A stretch of DNA of 64,000 bases from Methanobrevibacter sp. (GTDB lineage Archaea > Methanobacteriota > Methanobacteria > Methanobacteriales > Methanobacteriaceae). How positions within the stretch are numbered: the first letter of the stretch is position 1; the number at the start of each line of letters is the position of its first letter. The DNA is taken from positions 25,106 through 89,105 of the forward strand of contig NZ_SUTM01000004.1 of NCBI RefSeq assembly GCF_015062935.1, written 5' to 3'. The notes under the pieces were generated by a model. That model had not been told where the DNA came from, made no database searches, and saw only the letters and a program-made list of their open reading frames with translations. A program made the translations under genes and the position numbers. Shown here one piece after another: positions 52,001 through 60,059 of this stretch.

Positions 52001-52154
52001 CTTTAAAATTAAAGGTAAAAAATATGTTGCCAAAACCAACAAGTATGGAAAAGCCACTATAACCATTAAACTTAAACTTAAAGTGGGATCATATAAAATC
52101 TATTCAATTTATGGAAAATCCAAAATCAAAAACACTATCAAAATTAAAAAATAG
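46056..52154 (+). CDS. Adhesin-like protein with beta-helix repeats, papain-family (C1A) cysteine protease, lectin-like domain and Ig-like repeats
   Basis: Signal peptide; GGAIY repeats; QQTSGNCWAF (Cys at nt 47403), NHAVTIVGWDD (His at 47829), VRNSWG (Asn at 47925); many Big_3-like units; Lys-rich C-terminus. Start may be the ATG at 46068. Confidence 0.9.
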   Translation: MRSNMFKKDRILFNICLTLLFLLIIIPASFASDNSEDILNNNDFNETLYLSANLDDNILRASNDYYFNASAEDDGDGSINNPYKYLTADRIKSNCNIYLADGEYELDSNKNIERVNIYGSDVEKTIVSYAGVGFFVSTSLTIQNVTFVDMSITNYGKIAANNTVFSYGYGSRSDSYGNNFGGAIYTPSDYSNAVLTLNNCTFNDNYAVYGGAIYMASGSLEITDSLFINNLAYNYGGAIACENTASVVISKSKFYNSRSVDDAGGAIYLKYSSFEGKNIDFINCSATFGAAITSLKSIFSLNNGYFENNSAKWNGGAIYHMYDDFTMTSSKFINNSARKGGAVFIDNCTSLYLRANIFTANSASFVGGAVYSLLNIVKVPILGFNKFSDNQAYLSENLFDSSNINLTMGSGNYSMVKFNDSPIDAIPSRYSLYENGFTTVVKDQQTSGNCWAFTAISVLESCILKATGNTYDLSEENMKNLAALFSDYGWNMNTNDGGYDYMPWGYLASWLGPVSEMDDLFDDKSVLSSIFNSIFHVQNILFLSRDNYTDNDAIKEAILKYGAVGTSMAYYSNYYDDTTKGYYCFSNVASNHAVTIVGWDDNYSKSNFKWANYIEGDGAWIVRNSWGPSWGENGYFYVSYYDMKFAQPGVNASSYTIIFNDTKRYDKNYQYDIAGITDFFCNSSNAVWYKNIFTAGADEYLAAVSTYFEKITNWTASIYVNDEPVLVKKGISNPGYYTFDLGQLIPLKAGDVFEVVFNILVGGEANFPISEAKSLNRMLYKPGISFVSYDGKQWQDLYDLEWAYSTHSYKSQVASIKAFTILNPIAVNTSLNVSYDGFNPVTLTAKVIDEYGNLLDGEVLFNINGEDHYVNASKGQAVLECDLNQTTNFISAKFIAPGYISSADYKSVEISVRQINLTSSISRVLNNVTIEVMANETLNITVSVVVNDDSYEIELINGQSSLNLSNLLNDVYTVTVYSAEQIYSSNIIEDSFTVDVRNTTISADDLTIYDSQLIYNITLTDSEGNLLSDKNIRFVINNETYNATTDNGIATLVLNLELGKYIVDIDFEGTNDYLKSNSSKTVIVKDIVEMNVSYEKYQDTAVVHVNISKPLNETLSVKINNNTQNITSINGIAILNLTSLENGKYDIEISIANENYFFNQTVIEFVIDVFDTVIAADDLICDDSNVVNYTVRLTDIKGNPLANKSVEFILNNNSYISLTDDNGEASILVNLTAGAYDVLVNFNGEDNFFSSSEKSLISVHPKVDIALEVEKYQNKVSLNISLSKAINETLTVIVNDNKFNITSHNGLASMDLSNLDNGIYDIEIRLDNDSYVFEACKTSFEVNVSESKIILDNLTLTDDAEMNFTAILVDGKNQPISNKTLEFTLNNETYSIITDSNGKSSIPLNLPLGKYDVLVKFTGDDSYFDCESTSQIKVKSKVTVSLDVEKYQNTAKINVGLSKDIDGPVTVIVNGKRYDVNSILVLNSLENGIYNVSVELNDSYEFNNVYDQFTVDVCETIIVANDLTIVENQFAEFNITLMDVNGTAVSGRLIDIVVDGKTYGVETDLNGLCQIPVNLTNGLYDVHISFAGDDNYFNCSKNVSIKVRENVLIEMNINVETNNVYINISSSKTVNGTYVVKINDETFRFNTNGTSNIVLLNKTKGNYVVEVYLENEMDYNVNNLSDDFEVQAKQAFLKSDISQVYVGGFYKVTLSNSMGLPLSDSKIRFEFNGNSYTVNTDSNGEAYLRLNLTEGNYSINVYFAGDNYYDGANLTADFEVKSTILNNNTSDKTYNSKYTVIFLDSNGNPLNNSNVKFIINDKEYVATTDENGLASLQIQEGVGNYNLTIINLKTGETLIHSIKVSPRITNNKDMTIYALSGKKFTIRAYDDNGNPAGLGENIAVKIAGKTYTITTNANGYASLKINLINKKYTITATYKGFKVSNVLTVKPVLITVNKVFKKAKSYKFRAKLVNGNGKALKNKKITFKIKGKKYVAKTNKYGKATITIKLKLKVGSYKIYSIYGKSKIKNTIKIKK

Positions 52155-52264
52155 TGATTTTCCATTAATTTTTTTCTTTTTTTCAAATAAACTTGAAAAG
52201 TTTATATATGTAAATTAACATAAATACTTAACATATTTTAATTTATTATCAAATAGGTTTAATT

Positions 52265-55200
52265 ATGATGTCATATAAGAATTTTTTCTATTTAGCAATG
52301 ATTATGCTATTGATTGTAAGTATTGGTAGCGTATGTGCTAATGAACTGGAAAATACTACTTTAAATCAAAATAATGGAGAATTGGAGGTCAGTATAAATG
52401 GCACTCCAATTCTTGAAAGTCAAAACAGTGATGTGATTGAAGAAACATCAGATGAAATTACTGTGGATAATTGGGATGATTTGCAATATTACTGTTCTTT
52501 AAATGATAAGAATTATGTTTTAAATCTAAAAGAGAATACAAATTATTATCCGACAAATCCAAAAGAGGAAAGCTATCAGATTCAGGTAAATAATAATGTA
52601 ACTATTGTTGGAAGTTCAGGAGCTTACTTTGGAGATTCTTCTCAAAATGCAAGAAGCATTAGCTATCTGCCAATCAATGTTCCTGAAAACTCCGGTATTG
52701 GAATTACATTGAAAGGAATCACATTTAAATGGATTAACTGTGAATACCAGCCTAATGCAATATTCCTGCAGATTGCTGGAAATACAAATAACCTGATTGA
52801 AAACTGTATATTTAATAATTGTACAGTAACCGGAGGTCACTCCTCTTTCATTCATGTAGTCAGAGGTAATTTGACATTAACCAATTCCACATTTACAAAC
52901 ATGACTTCAGATTTTGGCTGCTTAAGTTTATATGACCCTAAGGATGACCCGACTGATATATGTACTCACGCAAGAGGTACTGTAAGTAACTGTTACTTTG
53001 AAGGTAACTATGCAAGAACTGAACCTGGATGTATCAATAACTGTGGAGTGCTTGTTGTTAGAAATTCAACATTCTATAGGAATACTGCATTCTGGTGGGC
53101 AGGTGCAATACATACTCATGGTGGAGCTAATACTACAATATATGATTCCAACTTCACAGATAATGTTGCTGGTTGGAATGGTGGTGCACTATATACATAT
53201 AGTTATTTACAGATATATAATACAATTTTTAAAGGTAATAACTGTACTACTAATAATGGTGGTGGTGCAATAGGTGCTTGTAAGTATTTACACTCACCAT
53301 ATATTCATATTGAAGATTCACTATTTGACAGTAATGAAAACTTATGCTGGGCACTCACTGAAGAGTCAACTAGCGGACTAGGTCGTGGTGGTGCTATATC
53401 CATTATGGATGAAGGTGGACTAACTGTATTGAACACTACTTTTATTAAAAATAGTGCTTCTATAGGTACTGCCATATGTGCTATAACTCAGGGAGCTAAC
53501 TATGGATCACCTGGTGTTACTATTGTAGGAAACAGATTCATTAATCATACCAGAATTAGTGATGTGCTGGTAATCAAGTTGGATTATGATTCTCTATGCA
53601 ATATAAGTGATAATTATTATTATGGAAATTCAATTGAATTTTCAAAACTGAAACTCATAGCTGATGATAGGGTTGGGGATGAAGTAGCTTTACACATTGA
53701 TGCAACTTTAAAGAATGCGAATTACTATGATTCTGACATTTTAGATAAATCTGACTATCTTGTTTACGTGGATGGTTCATATCTCAAAACAGTTACTGGT
53801 CTTGATTTTACTTTAAATCTAAAAAACATCGAAAAAGCCCAAGTTTATGTTGTCCCATCTATATCAACCACTAAAAGTAATGAAGTTTCTGTCGGTATGC
53901 CTAAGGAATATATTTATGTGTCACAAAAATCCGGAAATGATGTCAATGATGGGGTGAGTGATGAGACTCCTGTGGCAACATTGTCAAAGGCAATTGAACT
54001 TGCAAACTCTACCGGAAATATATTTATTATGGACGGAACATTCAGTGATGCTAATCTGGTAATAAATTATGATTTGTCAGTTTCCGGAAATGATGGCGTA
54101 GTTATTGCATCAACAGGAAATATTTTTGATATTGGTGATGTGGAGGTTGAATTTAAAAATATCATATTCAAAGGTTCTAAACAGTCATCCTCATCTTCCG
54201 ATAGAATCATAAAACAGGGCAACGGTATTTTAAATATTAATAATTGTACATTTGAATCCAATTCCTATGTAACATTAATTGAAACATCCGGTTTCCTTCA
54301 AATGACAGATTGTGAATTCAATAGCAATTCAGGTATTTTAATCCGGGCCAACAGTTATCAAATTTCATCTTCACAATTCAAAAGCAATACTGCAACAACA
54401 ACCAAAACTCCTGCATTAATTAAATCAGCAAGCGGACTGAAAGCTAGCATCGACAGTTCAGAATTTTCAGACAATGATGTAAAAGAAGGATGTATAAACT
54501 TTGCTGCCGGAAACAGCAATCAGAACACTTTAACAATTACAGACTGTGAATTTGTTAAAAACAAGGGTAATGACGGATCTTCAGCTATACTGATTTCCGG
54601 AGGTCTTCTTGATTTAAGTTCAACATTATTTATTAACAATACCGATACCGGAAGGTCATCTGCAGTGATTGTAACATCTACCGAAATTCATGTTTCAGAC
54701 TCTATATTTATAGGAAATACCTATAACAATAATAATAAATTATTAATCAACTCAAAATCTTCAACAGGCTTAAAGAAAATTTACTGTACAGGAAACTGGT
54801 TTGGAAACAATCAGAATGATTATAATATTGCTCCGGCAATCAGTTCATCATCCAACTGTGAAAATTGGATATTCCTGAATGCAACAGCAGATGCAACTTC
54901 AATGTTTATGGGTGAAAACACTGTTGTTGAGTTTAATTTGAATAACGCATACAACAAGTTTGGAAATGTTACATACTGGGACAGCAGTAACCTTCCTTTA
55001 GTAAGACTTTCAATTTTAACTGAAGGGGGAAGTTCAGACAAAAATGAAGTAGCTTTAGTAAACGGAATCGGAAAACTCACATTCACATTAAATGATGTCG
55101 AAGCTAACTTAAAAGCAGGATATAATGGTGCAGAGGATGTAATTAACTTTACAGAGGCTAAAGTAAAACCTCAAATGGATGTTGAATATGCAAACATCTC

Positions 55201-58200
55201 TGTAGATGATGATGAGATTATTACAATTACATTGCCTGATAATGCAACAGGTGAGATAACTCTTAATCTGGCAAATGTGACTCAAACACAAATAATAAAT
55301 GGGGTAAAAAGCACATTCACATTATCTGATTTGGCATCAGGTGAATATGTGGGAACAGTAACATATTCCGGTGATGATTATTACTCTTCAGTTGTAAAAG
55401 ATATTAAATTCAATGTCGACAAGTATAATTCAACTACAAGTATTTCAATTGGTGATATTGAGGTTGGTCATGATGTATTGATAACCGTTACAGTATCTCC
55501 GAGTGTTACCGGAAACGTAACTTTGATAATAAATAGTAAAGAGGAAACTCTGAATCTTGTTGATTCAAAAGCTACATACACAATTAAATCCATTACTCGT
55601 GGAGATTACACTATTAAAGCTCAGTACAATGGAAACTATAAATTCCTTGAAAGTGGAGATGATGCTAAATTCAGTGTAGATAAACTCGATACAGACATCT
55701 CTATCAGAGCAGAGGATATTGTTTATGGTGAAAATGCAAAAGTTGAAATTACATTAAATGATGATGCTGGTGGAAACGTTACTGCATGTGTCGACGGCAG
55801 AAATTTCACTTCAAACGTTGAAAACGGCAAAGCATTAATCAATATTTCAAATTTGAATGCAGGATATAAACAGTTCACTGTCAGCTATAGTGGTGATAAT
55901 GTATACAATCCTAATAACGCATCTGCTTCATTTAATGTGGCCAAAGCCAATACTCCATTAACAATCCGTGTTGATGATATTAAGATCGGCCATGATGTAA
56001 CTATTGAAGTAACTGTTAAAAATGGAGTTACCGGAAACATTACAATCACATGCAATAATCAGAATGTAGTAAAATCAATTCCGCGTACCGGAAAAGTTTC
56101 ACTGACAATTTCAGATTTACTGGTTGGAACCTATGAAGTCTCAGCAGCATTAATGAGTGAAAATTATGAAAATGCTGAAAATAACACTTTATTTGAAGTA
56201 TCTGACTATCAAACTCCTCAATGGCCTGATGAAGGCTATGACAGTAAAAACACCGGAAAATCTCCATATGTATCTGATTCAAATGGAGAAATTCTATGGA
56301 CATATTCTGTAAACGGTGATGTTGTTGGAAACCTTGCAATAGATGCAGCCGGAAATATCTATCTGATAACTTCTAAAGCAATATACTCAATCGACAATAA
56401 TGGAAAAGCATTATGGAACAGGTCTTTAAATGGGGATGGAAACCTGTCTGCAATAGCAATCAGCCGTGATGTAGTTATTGTTCCTCAGGCAGGCAACACT
56501 ATAAATTTCATAAATCAGACTACCGGCGAGAAGTTTGGAAACTCCAATATCTATCTTGGATCAAGCTTATTTGCTCCGGTTGTCGATTCAAATGCAAATA
56601 TTTATATCTCCAGTGAATACCAATACGGCTCTGAAGACTATAAACTTGTAATCATTCCATATAAACTATGGGAAAAAGGTGGAAATCCAATACTAATCAG
56701 TTTGGGTAAATCCTGTCCGCTTTCAGCACCTGTTATAGTAGATGATTCTACTGTAATTGTGGGATGTGATGACAGTCTAAAAATAATTGACATTTCAAAC
56801 AATCAGGTATTGTCAAGTGTCAAAGGCAATACTAAATCAATAAGACCTGTCGTTGGACCGGGAAACATGATTTACGTTGTTTTAGATGACAACATTTGTC
56901 AAATCACTCCTCAGGGAAGTGCTGTCTGGAAGACCAAAATTACGGATGGAACTGGCAAATATCTGGTATTGGATGAAGAATCAGGGTTATATTCCATAAA
57001 TTCAAAAGGAAACTTATATAAATACGATTTAATTGATGGCAGTGAGTCATTAATATCCCATTCAACATTTACATCAGGCATTTTAGTTGGAAATGAGGGC
57101 AATGTATATGTCGGATGCAATGACGTGCTTTATTCTTTCGATAGTGATGGAAACATGTTATGGAAATCTGATATTAAATCAGAAATCATAGGCAGTCCTA
57201 TAATTGGTGAAAATGGCTTAATTTATGTTCAGACTAAGAATTCTATAGTGGCATTAACCGATTCACCATTGAAAAATCCGGAAATCAGTATCAACGTTAG
57301 TGATGCTGTTTTCGGTGATGATGTAACTGTCAGTGTTGGAATTGATTCACAATGTGTGGGTGAAATAACTCTTAAAATAGATAATGAACTATATAATGAA
57401 GCAATCAGCTCACAGGGATTAATCGTTAAAAACATTTCTAATTTAAATGCGGGCATTCATACAGTTGAAGTAACTTTTGCAGGTGATGCCCGTTTCACTC
57501 AAAAGACATTGCTTTTTAATTTCACAGTTAAAAAAGCTAAAGCAAGTATTGCTGTAAGCTCTAATGATATTTTCGTTGGTGAAAATGTAACTGTTAAAGT
57601 TGAAATGCCTCAAGGTGTTGACGGTACGGTTTCATATGAGCTTAACGGCAAAACTTACACATCAAATGTTGAAAATGGTTTTTCAGATATAATAATATCT
57701 GATTTAGAATCAGGAAACTACACAATAGTCATCAAATTCAAAGGAAACGACTATGATGACTGTGAAAATACCACATCATTTAAAGTTTTAAAAGTGGAAA
57801 TTCCTGATGATAGTGAAACTATAGATTTCAATGTTTCTGAATCAGGTGAAGCTTCAAATTATAGTATTTCTCTTCCTGCTGATGCAACAGGTACATTAAC
57901 AGTAAGTGTTGATGGTGCAGAATATACTGAAAGTTTGGTTAATGGTAAAGCTACTGTTAATGTTCCTGAATTATCCAATGGAACTCATAACATCAGTGTT
58001 TCTTATTCAGGTGATTCAAAATATGCTCCAATTTCTAAAAGCGCTGTTGTTAATGTTACAAAAGATGGGCCTGTTGAAAAGTCATCTGTTGGTCTTGAAA
58101 TTTCAGTATCCGATATCACTTTAGGTGAGGATGCAGTGATTGATGTTGTATTTTCTGATAATGTGACTGGAGAAGTAACAATAACTGTTGATAGTAAGGA

Positions 58201-59662
58201 TTATGAGGCTGTTATTGATAATAATAAGGCTAGTGTTACTGTTTCAGGATTAGCTGTAGGTGAATATGATGTGGTTGCAAAATATGTGGGAAATGATTAT
58301 TATAAAGAATCTGTTAATTCAACTGGATTTAAAGTGTTGAAAGTTGATATTCCGGTTGGTGATGAGACTATTGTCATTCCGGAGTCTGGTGAAGAGTATA
58401 GTATTTCTCTTCCTGCTGATGCAACAGGTACATTAACAGTGACTGTTGATGGTATAGATTACACTTGTGATGTTGTCAACGGTAAGGCCAGCGTTAATGT
58501 TTCTGAATTGTCCAATGGAAGTCACAATATTACTGTTTCTTATTCAGGTGATTCAAAATATGCTCCAATTTCTAAAAGCGCCGTTGTTAATGTTACAAAA
58601 GATGGGCCTGTTGAAAAATCAGTTGTTGGTCTTGAAATTTCAGTATCCGATATCACTTTAGGTGAGGATGCAGTGATTGATGTTGTATTTTCTGATAATG
58701 TGACTGGAGAAGTAACAATAACTGTTGATAGTAAGGATTATGAGGCTGTTATTGATAATAATAAGGCTAGTGTTACTGTTTCAGGATTAGCTGTAGGTGA
58801 ATATGATGTGGTTGCAAAATATGTGGGAAATGATTATTATAAAGAATCTGTTAATTCAACTGGATTTAAAGTGTTGAAAGTTGATATTCCGGTTGGTGAT
58901 GAGACTATTGTCATTCCGGAGTCTGGTGAAGAGTATAGTATTTCTCTTCCTGCTGATGCAACAGGTACATTAACAGTGACTGTTGATGGTATAGACTACA
59001 CTTCTGATGTTGTCAACGGTAAGGCCAGCGTTAATGTTCCTAAATTAAGTGGGGGAAGCCACAACATTACAGTTGCATATTCAGGAGATTCCAAATACTC
59101 TCCTATTATTAAAACTTCAACTGTTACAGTTCCTGTAGTTAAACTAACAGGATATGATTTATCCATGCTTTACACAAGCGGTAAATATTATAAAATCAGA
59201 CTAACCAAAGATTCTAAAGGATTTGCAAATCAAACAGTTAAAATTGTTATTAATGGAAAGACATACACACGAACAACAGACGCTAACGGTTATGCTTCAG
59301 TTAAGATAAGTTTACCTCCTAAAACATACACTGTAACTGCTGTTTACGGAGAACTGAAGGCAAAAAATAAAGTTGTTGTTAAAACAATAATCACCGCTAA
59401 AAACATCAATGCTAAAAGATCTGCCAAAACAGTTAAAGTATCTGTAACTCTTAAAAAAGTTAACAGCAAATATCTGAAAAACAAGAAAGTTACATTGAAG
59501 TTCAACAAAAAGACATTCAAAGTCAAAACCAATAAGAAAGGTGTAGCTACATTCACAATTAAAAACAGTGTTTACAAAAAACTTAAAACTGGTAAAAAAT
59601 ACACTTATCAGGTTACTTACCTTAAAAACACAGTTAAAAAGACTATAAAGTTTAAAAAGTGA
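52265..59662 (+). CDS. Adhesin-like protein with beta-helix, Ig-like stalk and PQQ-like beta-propeller
   Basis: Signal peptide; GGA repeats; YVSQKSGNDVNDG unit; YSGD-type Ig repeats; WPDEGYDSKNTGKSPY...ILWTY...MLWKS propeller (~56220-57270); Lys-rich C-terminus. Confidence 0.9.
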   Translation: MMSYKNFFYLAMIMLLIVSIGSVCANELENTTLNQNNGELEVSINGTPILESQNSDVIEETSDEITVDNWDDLQYYCSLNDKNYVLNLKENTNYYPTNPKEESYQIQVNNNVTIVGSSGAYFGDSSQNARSISYLPINVPENSGIGITLKGITFKWINCEYQPNAIFLQIAGNTNNLIENCIFNNCTVTGGHSSFIHVVRGNLTLTNSTFTNMTSDFGCLSLYDPKDDPTDICTHARGTVSNCYFEGNYARTEPGCINNCGVLVVRNSTFYRNTAFWWAGAIHTHGGANTTIYDSNFTDNVAGWNGGALYTYSYLQIYNTIFKGNNCTTNNGGGAIGACKYLHSPYIHIEDSLFDSNENLCWALTEESTSGLGRGGAISIMDEGGLTVLNTTFIKNSASIGTAICAITQGANYGSPGVTIVGNRFINHTRISDVLVIKLDYDSLCNISDNYYYGNSIEFSKLKLIADDRVGDEVALHIDATLKNANYYDSDILDKSDYLVYVDGSYLKTVTGLDFTLNLKNIEKAQVYVVPSISTTKSNEVSVGMPKEYIYVSQKSGNDVNDGVSDETPVATLSKAIELANSTGNIFIMDGTFSDANLVINYDLSVSGNDGVVIASTGNIFDIGDVEVEFKNIIFKGSKQSSSSSDRIIKQGNGILNINNCTFESNSYVTLIETSGFLQMTDCEFNSNSGILIRANSYQISSSQFKSNTATTTKTPALIKSASGLKASIDSSEFSDNDVKEGCINFAAGNSNQNTLTITDCEFVKNKGNDGSSAILISGGLLDLSSTLFINNTDTGRSSAVIVTSTEIHVSDSIFIGNTYNNNNKLLINSKSSTGLKKIYCTGNWFGNNQNDYNIAPAISSSSNCENWIFLNATADATSMFMGENTVVEFNLNNAYNKFGNVTYWDSSNLPLVRLSILTEGGSSDKNEVALVNGIGKLTFTLNDVEANLKAGYNGAEDVINFTEAKVKPQMDVEYANISVDDDEIITITLPDNATGEITLNLANVTQTQIINGVKSTFTLSDLASGEYVGTVTYSGDDYYSSVVKDIKFNVDKYNSTTSISIGDIEVGHDVLITVTVSPSVTGNVTLIINSKEETLNLVDSKATYTIKSITRGDYTIKAQYNGNYKFLESGDDAKFSVDKLDTDISIRAEDIVYGENAKVEITLNDDAGGNVTACVDGRNFTSNVENGKALINISNLNAGYKQFTVSYSGDNVYNPNNASASFNVAKANTPLTIRVDDIKIGHDVTIEVTVKNGVTGNITITCNNQNVVKSIPRTGKVSLTISDLLVGTYEVSAALMSENYENAENNTLFEVSDYQTPQWPDEGYDSKNTGKSPYVSDSNGEILWTYSVNGDVVGNLAIDAAGNIYLITSKAIYSIDNNGKALWNRSLNGDGNLSAIAISRDVVIVPQAGNTINFINQTTGEKFGNSNIYLGSSLFAPVVDSNANIYISSEYQYGSEDYKLVIIPYKLWEKGGNPILISLGKSCPLSAPVIVDDSTVIVGCDDSLKIIDISNNQVLSSVKGNTKSIRPVVGPGNMIYVVLDDNICQITPQGSAVWKTKITDGTGKYLVLDEESGLYSINSKGNLYKYDLIDGSESLISHSTFTSGILVGNEGNVYVGCNDVLYSFDSDGNMLWKSDIKSEIIGSPIIGENGLIYVQTKNSIVALTDSPLKNPEISINVSDAVFGDDVTVSVGIDSQCVGEITLKIDNELYNEAISSQGLIVKNISNLNAGIHTVEVTFAGDARFTQKTLLFNFTVKKAKASIAVSSNDIFVGENVTVKVEMPQGVDGTVSYELNGKTYTSNVENGFSDIIISDLESGNYTIVIKFKGNDYDDCENTTSFKVLKVEIPDDSETIDFNVSESGEASNYSISLPADATGTLTVSVDGAEYTESLVNGKATVNVPELSNGTHNISVSYSGDSKYAPISKSAVVNVTKDGPVEKSSVGLEISVSDITLGEDAVIDVVFSDNVTGEVTITVDSKDYEAVIDNNKASVTVSGLAVGEYDVVAKYVGNDYYKESVNSTGFKVLKVDIPVGDETIVIPESGEEYSISLPADATGTLTVTVDGIDYTCDVVNGKASVNVSELSNGSHNITVSYSGDSKYAPISKSAVVNVTKDGPVEKSVVGLEISVSDITLGEDAVIDVVFSDNVTGEVTITVDSKDYEAVIDNNKASVTVSGLAVGEYDVVAKYVGNDYYKESVNSTGFKVLKVDIPVGDETIVIPESGEEYSISLPADATGTLTVTVDGIDYTSDVVNGKASVNVPKLSGGSHNITVAYSGDSKYSPIIKTSTVTVPVVKLTGYDLSMLYTSGKYYKIRLTKDSKGFANQTVKIVINGKTYTRTTDANGYASVKISLPPKTYTVTAVYGELKAKNKVVVKTIITAKNINAKRSAKTVKVSVTLKKVNSKYLKNKKVTLKFNKKTFKVKTNKKGVATFTIKNSVYKKLKTGKKYTYQVTYLKNTVKKTIKFKK
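57861..59095 (+). repeat. 537-bp (179-aa) tandem duplication, about 2.3 copies, inside the adhesin gene
   Basis: ATAGTATTTCTCTTCCTGCTGATGCAACAGGTACATTAACAGT starts at 57861, 58398 and 58935 (spacing 537); the copies are nearly identical in DNA. Confidence 0.93.
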
Positions 59663-59690
59663 TGAATTCACTTTTTTTTTATTTTTTTAT
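59654..59690 (+). terminator. Terminator overlapping the adhesin stop codon
   Basis: AAAAAGTGA-tgaat-TCACTTTTT followed by a long T tract. Confidence 0.7.
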
Positions 59691-60059
59691 TATTTTACAT
59701 TATTTTGAAGTTTTGATATATCCTAATTCGAAACAGAATATTAAAAATACTAGTTTTTTCATTGATTTTAATTTGAGCTATCATTATTATGATGATTGCA
59801 TTATAATCATTTCATATAATTAATTGTATCTTGAAGTAAATGCAATTCAAAATTGGTGTGTTATTTTTCTTTGTTGTTGTGTTATTTTCAATCTTGTTTT
59901 ATATTTTATCTAAAAAAATTTTATATATTATATTTTATTTTTTTTCAATTTTAAATTAATTTATATATTAGATTTCACATATATTAAGAATGTAAAGTTA
60001 AATTTATTTTTTCTTATGTTAACTTTATTATTTAATAAAACATTGAATCGAGTGATTGA

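Noticed and set aside
59312-59671. 119-aa Phe-rich antisense ORF
   Set aside because: Reverse-complement of the Lys-rich (AAA) adhesin C-terminus.
59780-59850. Short inverted repeats (ATGATT/AATCAT, ATTGCATT/AATGCAAT) upstream of the third adhesin
   Set aside because: Six- to eight-bp matches are expected by chance at this AT content.
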